This document shows positions 28,360 through 40,663 of a stretch of 64,000 nucleotides of DNA, piece after piece. Source of the DNA: the human T2T-CHM13v2.0 reference genome, Homo sapiens. Position numbers and translations under genes: made by a program. Location of the stretch: assembly GCF_009914755.1 (NCBI RefSeq), contig NC_060931.1. One strand, given 5' to 3'. The notes beneath the pieces were generated by a model that saw only the letters and a program-made list of their open reading frames with translations, was not told where the DNA came from and did not search any database. Within the stretch, counting starts at the first letter, position 1; the number at the start of each line of letters is the position of its first letter.

Positions 28360-29493
28360 AGTTTAAGAATCTTTTGCAAAGCAAACAAAGCAACAGGGTA
28401 AAGATACAAGCCACCTCATGGGAGAAAATATTTGCAAATTATATATTTGAAAATGGGTTAATATCCAGAATATATAATGAACTTAAATAACTCAACAGCA
28501 AAAAAATTAAAATGGACAAAAGACTTTATTAGACATTTCTCAAAAGAAGACATACAAATTACCAACAGGTACCTGAAAAAAGTATCAACATCATTAACCA
28601 TCAGGAAAATGCAAATCCAAACCAAATGAGTTATTACCTCACTCAAATTAGAATGGCTATTATCAAAAATAAGAAAGAAAACAAGTGTTGATGAAGATGT
28701 GGAGAAAAGGGAAGCCTTACACACTGCTAGTGGGAATGTAAATTAGTACAGTTATTATGGAAAACAGTCTGAAGTTTCCTCAAATAACCAGAACTATAGC
28801 TAGCTTATGATCCAACAATCCCACGACTGGGTATATATCTAAAGGCAATGAAATCAGTACATCAAAGAGATACCTGCATTCTGATGTTTACTGCAGCACC
28901 ATCCACAATAGCCAACACTTGGAATCAACCTAAATGCCCGACAACAGATAAAGAAAGAAAACGTGGTATATCTACACAATGGGATACTATTCATCCATAA
29001 AAAAAGAATAAAATCATGTTATTTGAAACAAAATGGACAAACCTGAAGGAGATATATTACATAAACTAGGCCAGGCACAGCAAAACAAATACCACGTGAT
29101 CTCACTCATATGTGGAATCTAAAAAAGAGTTGATCTCATAGAAGTAGAGAGTAGAACAGTGATTACCAGAGTCTAGGGAGGAGATGGAGAAGGGAGGATT
29201 GGGAGAGGTTGGTCAATGGATACAAAGTTATGATTAGATAGGAAGAATAAGTTCTGTTCTGTTGCACAGTACGGTGATGACAGTTAACAGTAGGGTGTTG
29301 TGTATTACAAAGCGGCTGGAGCAGGGGAAGTGCTGGGTGTTCTCATCATGCAGAGATGGTAGATGCATGAAGTGATGGATATGCTAACTACCTGGTTTGA
29401 ACCCTACAATGTATAGATGTATCAAAACATCAAATTGTATCCCATAGATACGAATAATTATAATGTGTCAATTAAATTTTGAAAATAAAAGAA
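28360..29493 (+). mobile_element. L1MA (L1MA5-7-like) 3' fragment
   Basis: ORF2 3' text (TGGGAGAAAATATTTGCAAA, AAAGAAGACATACAAAT) and L1MA 3' UTR (CTCATAGAAGTAGAGAGTAGAA ... TGTGTCAATTAAA). Confidence 0.9.
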
Positions 29494-30789
29494 AGATCAA
29501 TCCTTGAAGTAAGAAGCACACAAGAATGGAGAGGTTCACATATAATCTTCACTAATGAAATAATTAAAGATATAGTTTATCCACAGGCACAGTCCATTAT
29601 GACCCAGATGAAGAGGCTAAATGCCTGTGGCTTCAACTATCCTCCCAACCAGTCGATGACTGAATGCTTGTGTCCAGAATTTTCTCCTCAGGACTTGGTA
29701 GAGGAGACAGATGGGATAATGTGAAAAGCATCTCACCTCAATTCAATGATTCAGTCTGGACATGTAGAGACAGGAAGCTTTACACTAATACCTCCACTTT
29801 GAGTTAAGCCTCTAAGTCCAGAGAGAGGAAAACATCAGGCTTGCTAGCAGTCAGCCCAAGGAAAAAGAAGAGCATATTTGGGAGGAACCATGAAAACTCA
29901 AAACCTTTAAATATTTTTTGGGAAAAGAAAAAGAAAAAAACAAAACAGCATCTGGGATTTTCATTAAGGCCAACATGTTCAGAAGGCTGGCCATTCTCTG
30001 CAGAGATTCTGCTACTATATGTCAAAGGATTCTTTGTTGTCATTGCAGGGGAGGGTGTGTTTATTTTAAAGCTTTCTCAGCTGACTGCTTATACTTCACC
30101 CATCTGGGGCACTTTCTCGTGCCTATGTGCAATATTGTGGAAGTAGTAAGTCCAGGTTTCACCACCTTGAAACAAAAAAGCCCTACCCCAAAGTATGGCA
30201 ACCACAACTTCCTGCTTTCCTAAATGGACAGGAAGTCCTTGTTTCTCCAAGGTTCCACTAACCCAGGTGTGTATAAAAGTCCCAGAAGTAAGGGTCAGGT
30301 GCCCTTGGCGCTGGCTCCTAGAAATCCACACAAGCTGTGTATGCTAAAAGCTAGTGCAGCTGAAGATCAGCACGACAGGACCAGGCCTTTATGTAGAGAT
30401 CCACAGCTCAGGGCTTAATGGGCAGAGACTCAAAGAGCATCTTTCTTAGAGGTGCAGTTAAAAATGAGCAGTGATCACGATGTACTACGCAAAGGTCACA
30501 GCCCTAGAGAGATATCTCTTTTGCTCTCACCCTCCTATCTTGATTCTTCTCTTTTCCTCCCAACCTTTATCTAATCTAATTCTGTGGGCTTCACTTTCAG
30601 AGTTTATCCTCAAGGCAGCACTTCTCACCATCTCCACTGTGACCACCTATGTCCACGTGAATGGTTCCTTTTTCTTTCCTTGCTTAAACTAATGCAAGTT
30701 CTCCACCCCTGCCACCATCAGTTATAGTGTCAATGATTATTCAGAAAGATAAATCTCACCTGGTGATGGTTTCCAGATTTGCATGGCTC

Positions 30790-31268
30790 TTCAGGATCCA
30801 TCATTTACTCACCTCTCCAGCACTGTCTCCTGCTACATTCTCCTTGTTCTCTCTGCTCCCACAATGCTCCTCAATATGCCAGTCTCCTTCCCTCCTCAGG
30901 CTTTGCACTGCTTCCTCCGTGGGGCTCACTCTTACCCACATGCACATGTGCTTCTTGCTCTGACTTCATTTCGTTTTCTGTTCAATATGCTTCCCTCAGA
31001 AAGGCTTCCCTGACCACTCTCTCTCAGATGAGCACCCCCCATACTCACAGACTCACTCGTACCCTACCTCCTTACCCTACTTCGTTGGTTCTTTCTCTCT
31101 TCATGGCAATTATCTCTACTTAAAATGATATTTTATACGTATTTATTTCTAGAAAATAAGCTCCATGTGGGCAAACATTTTGCCTCACTTTTTACTTTTA
31201 TATCCCAAATAAAGAAAGAAGCGTCTGGCATATAGTTAATCCTCGATAAAGAGCCTTGACTAAATGAA
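30790..31268 (+). mobile_element. LINE-2 (L2a-like) 3' end
   Basis: CCTCAGGCTTTGCAC, CTCAGAAAGGCTTCCCTGACCAC, AAGCTCCATG, CTGGCATATAG..AAATGAA. Confidence 0.7.
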
Positions 31269-34060
31269 GTACTAAACAATACTCCAGGGGGGCTGCGCAA
31301 CCTGATGGTCTCACTGACATTTATTTCTAACAGAAGCATTTGCCCCTGCTGATCCCTGTGTCTCAGTTGTTACCATTTCTAACTTGGAGGCTTACTGATT
31401 AAAAAAAAAAAAGCCACAGATGGGCCATCTGCTCTGTGCTCAAACCCCCCCAACCTGATAACCACCCACATCAGAGAGGCAAGGGTCTGCCAGTTAGTCC
31501 CCAGGCATGGTATTCCCCTCAGTGTGAAGGTGGTGGAATCTTCCTTTGATATTAGGCTCACTCAAGAATGCTTCCTGCCAAGCCTGGCCTTGATAGTTTT
31601 AATACAGCTCTTCAAATTCACTCATGGCCACTTTTCTCGGAGCTAAGGCTGCTACGAGGAGAGAGGCCAGGATGGACTCTGGCATCAATTGCCACGAGAA
31701 ACCAGTAGCAACGCTTCAACTTCTGTGGTTCAACCCTTGACTCTCAGTACTGAACACACCTGACATATACCCTTCTTCCCAAACTTTGTTCATTCAATTC
31801 TCACAAGAAACTCAATCTTTAAAGCGAGCAGTTTGGAGCCCTGGTCACATTTCTCCTGAGAGCTATGCCTGCTTATTATATAAACCTGTGGAATCAAATA
31901 AACAACTCCACTGAGTGGTTTCCTAGCCCCATATATCACTGGATATGGATATGTTAAAGTTAAGTGACACGCACCTACACAACCCCAGCCCAAGACTTAA
32001 GTTAAAAAAAGTTTTATTACCCATGGAAAAAACAGGACACTTTAAAAAAGCATGACATTAGCAAATGTTCTAGATTGCAGGCCCCTTCATAATCATTTCC
32101 TTGCTAAAACAAGGAGGATATAAAGACAAATAAATTATCCAGTTTGCCCTCCATGAGCTGACCCTGTAGTCAGAGAGACAGATATTGTGATATGAGTGTA
32201 AATCCAAGTATGAGTTAGATAAAAATGGTACCCCTGAGCAAGGGGAGGGAGAACTGTACAGAGGGGATAATATTTAAGCTGAGTCTAAGAGTGGTAGGAG
32301 GCTGCATGGTGGACAGGAGTGGAAAGGACATTTCCAACAGAAGGAACAGCCTAAGTAATGGCCTCACGGGTCTGACTGTTAAAGAATATATCTCTCCAGC
32401 TTCACCTTCCAACACAGCTCACTCAGCCACTTCTGCTGTAACTGCAATGAACTACTCACTATTCTCTGAATATGAATTACATTCTCTTTCTTGCCTTTGA
32501 AAATGGTGTTCTCTCTGCCTGAAGCAGTTTCTCCTCGTCCTCAACTCCTAAGCACTGGTGAAACCTGAATAGCACTTCTCAACCTTCAGGACTTAACTTG
32601 GATATAACATGTCTTCTTTGACCTCTTCAAGTCCAAGTTAGGTATTACTTCTACATCCCCTGAGAGCATGCCATAACTTCTCTACTGTAGCGCTTGATAC
32701 ACTCTAGTCTAACCTCTGTGGATTTATTCCATAGTTTCCTGTAGATTACACATTCCAGGAGGACAAGACTATATCTATCTTGATTATCATTGTATCCCCA
32801 AGGTCTGGCAGATGGCCTGCCAAATAGTTGGCAATGCATGCAGAATGGATCAATTGTTCAAAATTTCCAGGCATAGGATGGGGCTGGAGAAAGGACAGGT
32901 GGTAAGATTAAGATTGAATTTATAGATTAAAACTAAGCCTGAAAGACAACGTGTGCCCTGCTGTGTACATTTGTTATCCTCTCTTCCAGAAGTCATGGAA
33001 GTGTTAAACACAAGAGGGGAGCAGCAAGTCAGCAATAAGAAGGCCTGAGATAACAGCAAGGGACTAGGGACCAGAGACAAGACTGATTGCAAGAGACACA
33101 GTATTTAAGAAGTTGTAGCTCTGAGACCTGATGATTTATTACAGGGTTAGGTAACAGAGTAGGAAAGAAAGAATGACTCACAAAATTGGTAAAAATGGAA
33201 GATCTATGGGGAGTATCTTTATTTTTCTCTTACATGAGAGAAATGAGTAATGTAAACAGTAGGATGGCCCTGGGTATTCAAGACTAAAACGTGTCTGTTG
33301 TTCATTACCGTGTGTCATGATATTGGCAATTCTATAAGCTATGGGGACATTTGCACCCCCACAGGTGGAGAATTCAAAATTTGAAAGAACTGCTTCATAA
33401 TTAAATTAGCAGAGAAATGGGTAGAATGCTTTTTTACAAAAATAACACAAAATAAATCATCTTTAAATTATTTAAAAACTGGATAGTAAGTGGAGGTTAA
33501 ATCACTAAATCTTGACTTAGGAAAATGACAAATTATCTGCCTATTTTTCTCATTACTTCTCACCTCAGATCACCAAGAACTTTCCCAAAGTTGCAAACAA
33601 AAACAACAAAAGCCAATGTCTTTCAGGAGATGTTTATCTAAGTGAAAACATTGAGGAAACAACACTGTAATAGAGATAGGGAAAGATACACTTGATAAGT
33701 GAGAAAAAAACCTCAGAGGCTGAGAGAGGAAACAGTTTTCAGAAAACACTTTGAAGAGATGAGAGAGGACACAAGACAATAACAAAATGCTTGCATGGGG
33801 GTGGGAGATACGATTTTGGAAGAAATCAGAAAATTGAGAGTGCTGAGTGTTGAGAGAATAATTTGTAAGAAAGACTACAAAAATAGAAGGGGAAAATGGA
33901 AGCAAACTTGTGGTTAGAGAAAAAATAACAAAGCAGTCCCCCGCCCCCAAATCTCACCCTGAGCTGGAAAAGACAGAGAGGTTAAAAACAGGATTAGAAT
34001 ACTGTCAGTTCTTTAACTTAGTGATCTAAGTAAGCCTTAGGTTCTTCATCTATAAAGGAT

Positions 34061-34422
34061 TGCATTAGTCAGCTCAGGCTGCCATAACAAAAAGACTGGG
34101 TGACTTTAGAAAAAAAAATTAATTTCTCACAGTTCTGGAGGCTGAAAGTTCAAGATCAAGGTCTGGCAGGATCAATTTCTTGTAAGAGCTCTCTTCCTAG
34201 CTTGCAGATGCCCACCTTCTCACTGTGTCCTCATATGATGGAGAGAGCGAGCCCTCTGTATCTCTTCCTATAGGAACACTAATCCTATTGGATCAGGGCC
34301 CTACCCTTAGGACCTCATTTAACCTAAATGACTTCCATAAAAGCCTTGCTTCCAAATACAACAACATTGGGAAGTAGGGCTTCAACATACAAATGTAGGG
34401 GAACATGATTCAGTCCATAGCA
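34061..34422 (-). mobile_element. MLT1A0-like solo LTR inserted in a + strand MIR (~33990-34512)
   Basis: TGCATTAGTCAGCTCAGGCTGCCATAAC ... ATTCAGTCCATAGCA; TSD AGGAT/AGGTT; MIR halves on both sides. Confidence 0.85.
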
Positions 34423-34644
34423 AGGTTGTTATAAGAAATCTGAGAAATTATGCAAAGTTCATTATGCCTGGCACATGGCAGGTGCTCAATAAATGCTAAC
34501 TAATGTTAGCTATAAAATCATCATTGTAATAGGCATCATATCTGAGGTAACTTATGCTTTTTATTTTATATTTTTAAAGGAATGCTACAGATGGAAAAGC
34601 CACGTGTTGCCTACTACCCCCCTGAAAACTGCCCAGTTGCTCAG

Positions 34645-34694
34645 TTATATGGTTTGGCCATGTCTCCACCCAAATCTCATCTTGAATTACAGTT
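34645..34694 (+). mobile_element. ~50-bp orphan 5' end of a THE1-type LTR
   Basis: ATATGGTTTGGC..TGTC.CCACCCAAATCTCATCTTGAA, close match to 5564-5603. Confidence 0.8.
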
Positions 34695-34909
34695 ATAAAA
34701 ATCTTTTTGGGTTGCTATTATTATTATTATTTTACCATTTCACAAGTAAGTAAACCAAAGAGCTTGCCCAAGATTAGGTAACTAATAAATGAAGGTTCGA
34801 ATTCAAACCATGTCTGACTGCAAATACATCTCTCCTTTATGCCAGAATCATCATCATCCTTAAGTTATAGGGACATGTGAGTATGACTAGGAAAAAATGG
34901 GTCAGTAAA

Positions 34910-34940
34910 ACACAAACACACACACACACACACACACACA
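34910..34940. repeat. (CA)n microsatellite
   Basis: Direct observation. Confidence 0.9.
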
Positions 34941-37149
34941 TTGGCACTGATTCTTAAATCAAAGTATTTATTTTCTGATGTCGTTCTTATGAGTATTTGC
35001 TTACTCAAATTTTTAAAATCATCTGAAAAATGCCTCTCAATACTGAAAAATTGCTCTACCATTCTAGTCATATGATCACATAATGGGCTTTTTTGTTTAG
35101 ATTCTAGAGCAGAAGATCTGGGTTGCAATTCAGCATTGCTACTTCTGAACTATGTGATTTTGGGTAAATTGCTTATACCCCCTTAGCATCCATTCTCAAG
35201 GGAGCATTGTTGCTTATGTCACAGGGAAATTTTTAAAATTACATAAAACGCAGTCTGCAAAAGCATAGTAAGCTGCCACATTAGCACTCAGCGTCTATAT
35301 TTTAAAAGTTAATGAAAACGTTGCCAACGTCTCTATTTCTGAATAAGGGCAAGCAAGAGAGACTATAAAGATTTTTACAAAGAATTCTAAAGCCTGAGAA
35401 TTAGGACTCATTACCATGTAAACTCCAGACATAATCAGAGTTGTTTTCAAGCTTCATTGTTCCAATCTAGTTTATCTCTTTTCTTCCCCAGTTATTTTCA
35501 TGGGTGTTTCACAAACTATGCAGACTTCAATAACTCACTCTCTAATAATATACTCTGGATAATTGTTAGCTTCATGAAATGCAATTGCCTATACTTTAAG
35601 TTATAATTAGAGGAATTACTTAAAGCCTCAAGTGGCCTTTGGAAATCTGAAAATGGAAGCTGAATTTATAAACGCTAGGAAAGAATAGGAAATCCCAGAA
35701 TCCTAAATCACCAGACTCAAATACATGTGAACTCACTGAGAGACATCCTCTTGCTTTGGTTATAACAACCAGACTTATACTGACATTAACACCAATGCTA
35801 CAGTTACTAAATGAGAAAACTGAGTTCACAGAGATCAGTTTTTTAATGTACAATACATTTACCGAAGAAAAGTCTTTGTGACTCAGCTGAACAAAGGAAG
35901 TGTAGTTTTTAAAACAGACTTGTTGAGGAAGGGGCAACTCTAGTCATAAAGATGGAAAATTAGCCTCTGTGGCATCTGATTCAATGACAATGGTGAATTT
36001 TGCAAATTACGTATCTAAGACTTGGTCAGTCTGGGACCATTTGCCTCCATTTCCATAATATTATTGGCTGTTGTCAGAAAATGACTTGAATAGCCATATA
36101 TAGAAAGACCCATAAGTTGTTGCTATTATAGACAGTTTGAGCATTGTATCGTTTTCTTCAGAGAACTCAGTAATTTGTCTACCTTTCCATAACTTTGTCA
36201 GATGAATTCCATCGCACCAACTATTCTAAAATGAAATTAAGATCATCTCACCCCAAAGTCCTGGTCCAAGCTCTACCTTCTTGTCCGTCACTACTTAAGC
36301 TTAGTTCTCTACCCAATATATGTATATTAAGATAAACTACTTTTACTCTAACTTTTACCCTTTCTACCTACACATATCATTAAAATGTAAAATATAAGTC
36401 TCTAAATGCAGAACTAAGCCTCTCCTCCAATGAACAATAGTGCTGGTTCTTCTTTCAACTAAATTCAAATTAATACACTTTTTAAAAAATAATTTATGGC
36501 CCAAGCAGTGTATTTAGGGTCAGATACACTAAGGTGAATTAGCCAGGAACCCTATCCTCAAAGATGTCTACTAAAAGACTTAAATAATACCTCTACTTTG
36601 TGAAATGTAAATGGTCTATCAGTTCATGCTGTTCCCATTTTCCAATCAAGACTTGTATTTCTAGCTTTCCCTTATGTTATCTCTGACTACATTACTCCAT
36701 AGAACATCATTGATTTGCCCACTTGTTTTGGTACTTTAAAAAATAAAATTAGAATCAGATTAATAAAGCAGAAAGTGGCCTGAGATCATTGATTTCAGAC
36801 CGTGCTGCGGTCTGAGACTCTCATTTTATAGATGAAGAAAATGAAGTCTTTCAATTCTGATAACGTGGAGAATTGAGGAAACATGAACCTGTTCCTGTTC
36901 AGCCATATAGAAATACATGATAAAACAGGATGAAAAAGAGTGTTCAATACATAGTCTACCTCCAAAGAAACAAAGAGGAATCCCCAGAGCCAACAGGAGA
37001 GAGGGATTTATTCTGGCAGGAATGGTAAGCTCCAAGTAACCCTGCCACAGTTCCTAGAGGTTTGGGACCTCACAATTGGTCAGACCTCTGGCTGCCTCTG
37101 CCCTTCTCAGCCACTGTGGGCTGAGGCAATCACTATCTGCACTGGCCGT

Positions 37150-37576
37150 ACAGGTGTGTTGCTAAGATTTCCTTCAAGAAAACTATGCTGGCAACTTAGC
37201 TGATTATTAGCTCCAGCTGTCACCTTTGGGATTCATGCTTTCCCTAGCTGTCCCTAGCCCATGCCTGAGCATAGCACAGGGTAGTAGAGCTAGCCCTTTC
37301 CTACCTGACACTGGACTCCTCCAACCAACAACCTTTGGTGGAGGAGTTCCCATGAACCTGGGGTATATCGTCTCAGAACTGTGCTGGGGTCTGAGTTTTC
37401 CAATCCAACACTCCCTTTCCTCTCTTCTTTCACAGGTGTCAGAATTGCGTTGACATCTCAAGACTCTTGCTACCACATCCTTCTTTCTTTCTCCTTCAGA
37501 AGCACTTTCCAAAATAAATTTCTTAAACATCTAATCTCATCTTTCCATCTGCTCTTCCAGAGACCCAAAGTGACAC
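37150..37576 (+). mobile_element. ERVL LTR16-like solo LTR
   Basis: TTCACAGGTGTC, AATAAATTTCTT..CATCTAATCTCATCT, CTGCT.TTCCAGAGACCCAAAGTGACA terminus. Confidence 0.6.
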
Positions 37577-37604
37577 CAAGTCTGAGCACACCATTGGAGA
37601 ACCT

Positions 37605-38170
37605 AGGAAGCTCTACCCTAAAGAACTTTCAGACATGTGCACAAGAAGACCTGTAAGCAACAATGTCCATTACAGCATGGTTTGAAATAGTAGAAAAGCA
37701 GCAACAACCTAAATTTTCAAGCATAGAGAAAGGGAAAATTTAGGGGTATATTTACTTAATGGTACGGTAGATAGATAAAAAGAATAAATAAAACCATAAG
37801 TATCAACCTGGATGCATCTTACCAATATAATATTAAGTGAACAAAAAATGTTGCAAAAACACAGAAACAATATGACACAATTTGTTTACATTTAAAAACA
37901 CATAAATAGTACTCTAGATAGTTTTTTTAATTACAAGAATTTGGGTAGCAAGAACACACATCAACTTCAAGACAGCGGTTATCTCTGGGATAGGAAGGAG
38001 AGAAAATAGGATAGGGTGGATTTTAACTTTTTCTGTAACATTTCACCCCTTTTTAAAAAGGATAACAACTGTTAAATTTCATTGGTGGATATATGAGTGT
38101 TTGTTATAGTATTTGTTGTACTTTTCTGTGTTTGAAATATTTCCAGATATTTCAAATTAAATAACATAAA
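37605..38170 (+). mobile_element. Ancient L1ME-type 3' end
   Basis: CATGTGCACAAGAAGAC, AACAACCTAAAT, TATTAAGTGAA, GTGTTTGTTATAGTATT..ACTTTTCTGTGTTTGAAATATTTC. Confidence 0.7.
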
Positions 38171-40637
38171 TATATCTTGAAAGAAAAGAAACTGAGGCCC
38201 AAAGAAATGAAATGACATGACCAATTTCACATACTTAGTTCATGGCAGAGCAGCTGGTAGGCTCCTGGACTGGCCCTCTGGCCATCATATTCTGTTGTTA
38301 TATGCCTTTCTAATACACAGAACTATGGTCAATGTGTCTTCGGTAACCTTCACAGTGACTGGTACCATTGTGGGTGCAAGAAAGCACTAGATGTACTAGA
38401 GCAAATTGAACAATTAGCGTTCAACCTTTAATGCAAAATTATTTTATCACTGGAATTATACCCCAAGAGAAAAAAGTTCTTGCTGCAGTCTGACTGCTAA
38501 ATGTTCAGAAATGTGTGGGCCACGCACCCAGCAGGACCTAGTTCCTGTGTTCCTAATTCCTGGCCCAGATCTTGTCCAGAAACACCAAAAACTTTGTGTT
38601 AGACATTAAGATCAGCCATCTGAAAACTGTTAAAGTGTGCCTATAGCATGTAGATGATTTCGGAGAGCTTATATTCTTCCTCTGAAGATTCACTTCTGTG
38701 AGAGTCCCACCAGCAGCTGTACTCAGGAACCACTTTGTTTAGAATCTGGAAAATTTAACTGACTCCACTCTCTACACTCCAATGGTGAGGTAGGCCCCTT
38801 CTTCTCCTGAACAGAAAATGAGGGGCATACTAACCCTCTAGTGGTCCTACAGAGACCAAATGAAGACACACAGTGCCTGCTCTCAAGAGCTACCCAATAT
38901 ACAATAGAATGCAAGGCCAATAACAGCCAAAATGAAGCACCCTTAAATATTTTAAACCTGAATCATGGGCTAAAACCACAAGCAGAAAAGAATGATCAGT
39001 ATGTACATTTATTAGGGTCATCTTTATATATTTCTGTTGTGAAAGGCAATTATTTTTCTAACTTTAGTAAAACGTAACACATTTTTACTAATTTTGGTTA
39101 CATAAGAATTTGAGGTGAATACATCCTTGAGGGTAAGCTTTGACTTTTTTATTAGTATACTTTTAAAAGCTGACAAAGGGCTTGGCACATTATTAATGTT
39201 TGTTGATTGAATGAAAGGATGAATAAATGAATATAAGCGAAATTAAGACATATTTCTTACTGACAGACACTAATGACTAAAAAAGGCTTCCAACAAATGA
39301 GCAGAGTTGACAATTAAAGTGTAAATAGGAATCTAATGAATGTTCTAATTGATCTTCCCTGCTTTAAGATGTAGCCAGAATTTTTTAACCTTGAGATACA
39401 ATGCTCAGCAAATTAGGAGACTGTCCTTGTGTGACAATCTCTTTAATCAATCTAATAGTTTGTCTACTCAACTACAGACTTTAAGACCTCTGCCAAATTA
39501 GTGTTTTGTTTTGTTAGTCTTAGCAAAAGTTATGTCTTAATAATAGATTCATATATGAGGTTTAGCTTGGCACTTTGGACTTCTGTGAAAATAAAGAACA
39601 TATGTTAAATTGTTTTTTAAAAAGTCTTCAAAGGTAATAAAGTTGGGAGGAAAAAGGAAACTCTCATTCTTTCTTGGTGATTCTACCTACAAGAAAACAA
39701 TAAACCCTTAATATCTGAATCAGGTTTTAACAAGATTTTTTAAAAAATTGATTATTTCTCTTTAGTTGTGCAGTGGCTTCAAGATAATGAGTGTTAAGCA
39801 TTCCTTCAACCCATCGAGAAGTTTGATACCATCTATACAAGGCTTGCTAAGAGATGGCAAAGCAAAAAAAAATTTTTTTGACCCAGACCAGACCACCCAC
39901 CTCCAGCCTATGAAGGAGAATAAAGGCTGAAAGGGAAATTGACATTTACAAAGTGGATTTTGTGAGGGAGCTGTTAATGAGTGTTGAGTCCCACACAACT
40001 CCCATGGGGAGAAGGATTAGGTGTGTTTTCCTTCATTTCAAGCCCAGGGAATGTGGCTTCAATGGGACCATGTAGAGAGCTCAAGGTGTGCCCCAGGTAC
40101 TGTCAGAGGACAAAAGAATATGGGGAAATGCTAGCTGACTAGTAATTCTGATCTGATGGAAGACAAAGAAAAGCTGACATGAAGAAAGGTTACAACAGAA
40201 TTTCTTGAGGTAAAGAATATGCATAGTTATATGAATTTAACAGAAAAGAATCAACCTTGAGGTCCTCTAAATATTGCCCAAAATAACTTCCTAGAGGCAC
40301 ACAGTATCCCCAACACAGGAGTGTAGCACTAGGAGACTATCATGTAAGTGAGCAACTATAGGGAGGAACATCCCTGAACATCAAAAGAACTGCAGGCTAG
40401 GTACCCTAGTGATTCAGGGTTGGTGGGTGGAAAGTTTTCAAATAATGCCCCAAAGTTTGCCAGGAGAAAGTGTCAGCTTTAAACACCTGCCAAGCCCAGA
40501 GAGCACATCATCATTAGTTGAGAGACATCAACTAATTTCAGTGGTGATCAACTAATGCCTTTGCTTTTCTCTTACCTCCCCTCTCTCTCTCAGCTCCCTC
40601 CAATCCCAAAGGGGTCAGAAACTGCAATTAGCAAGCT

Positions 40638-40663
40638 GGAGGAGGAGGAGGAGGAGGAAGAGG
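40638..40663. repeat. (GAG)n trinucleotide repeat
   Basis: GGAGGAGGAGGAGGAGGAGGAAGAGG. Confidence 0.85.
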
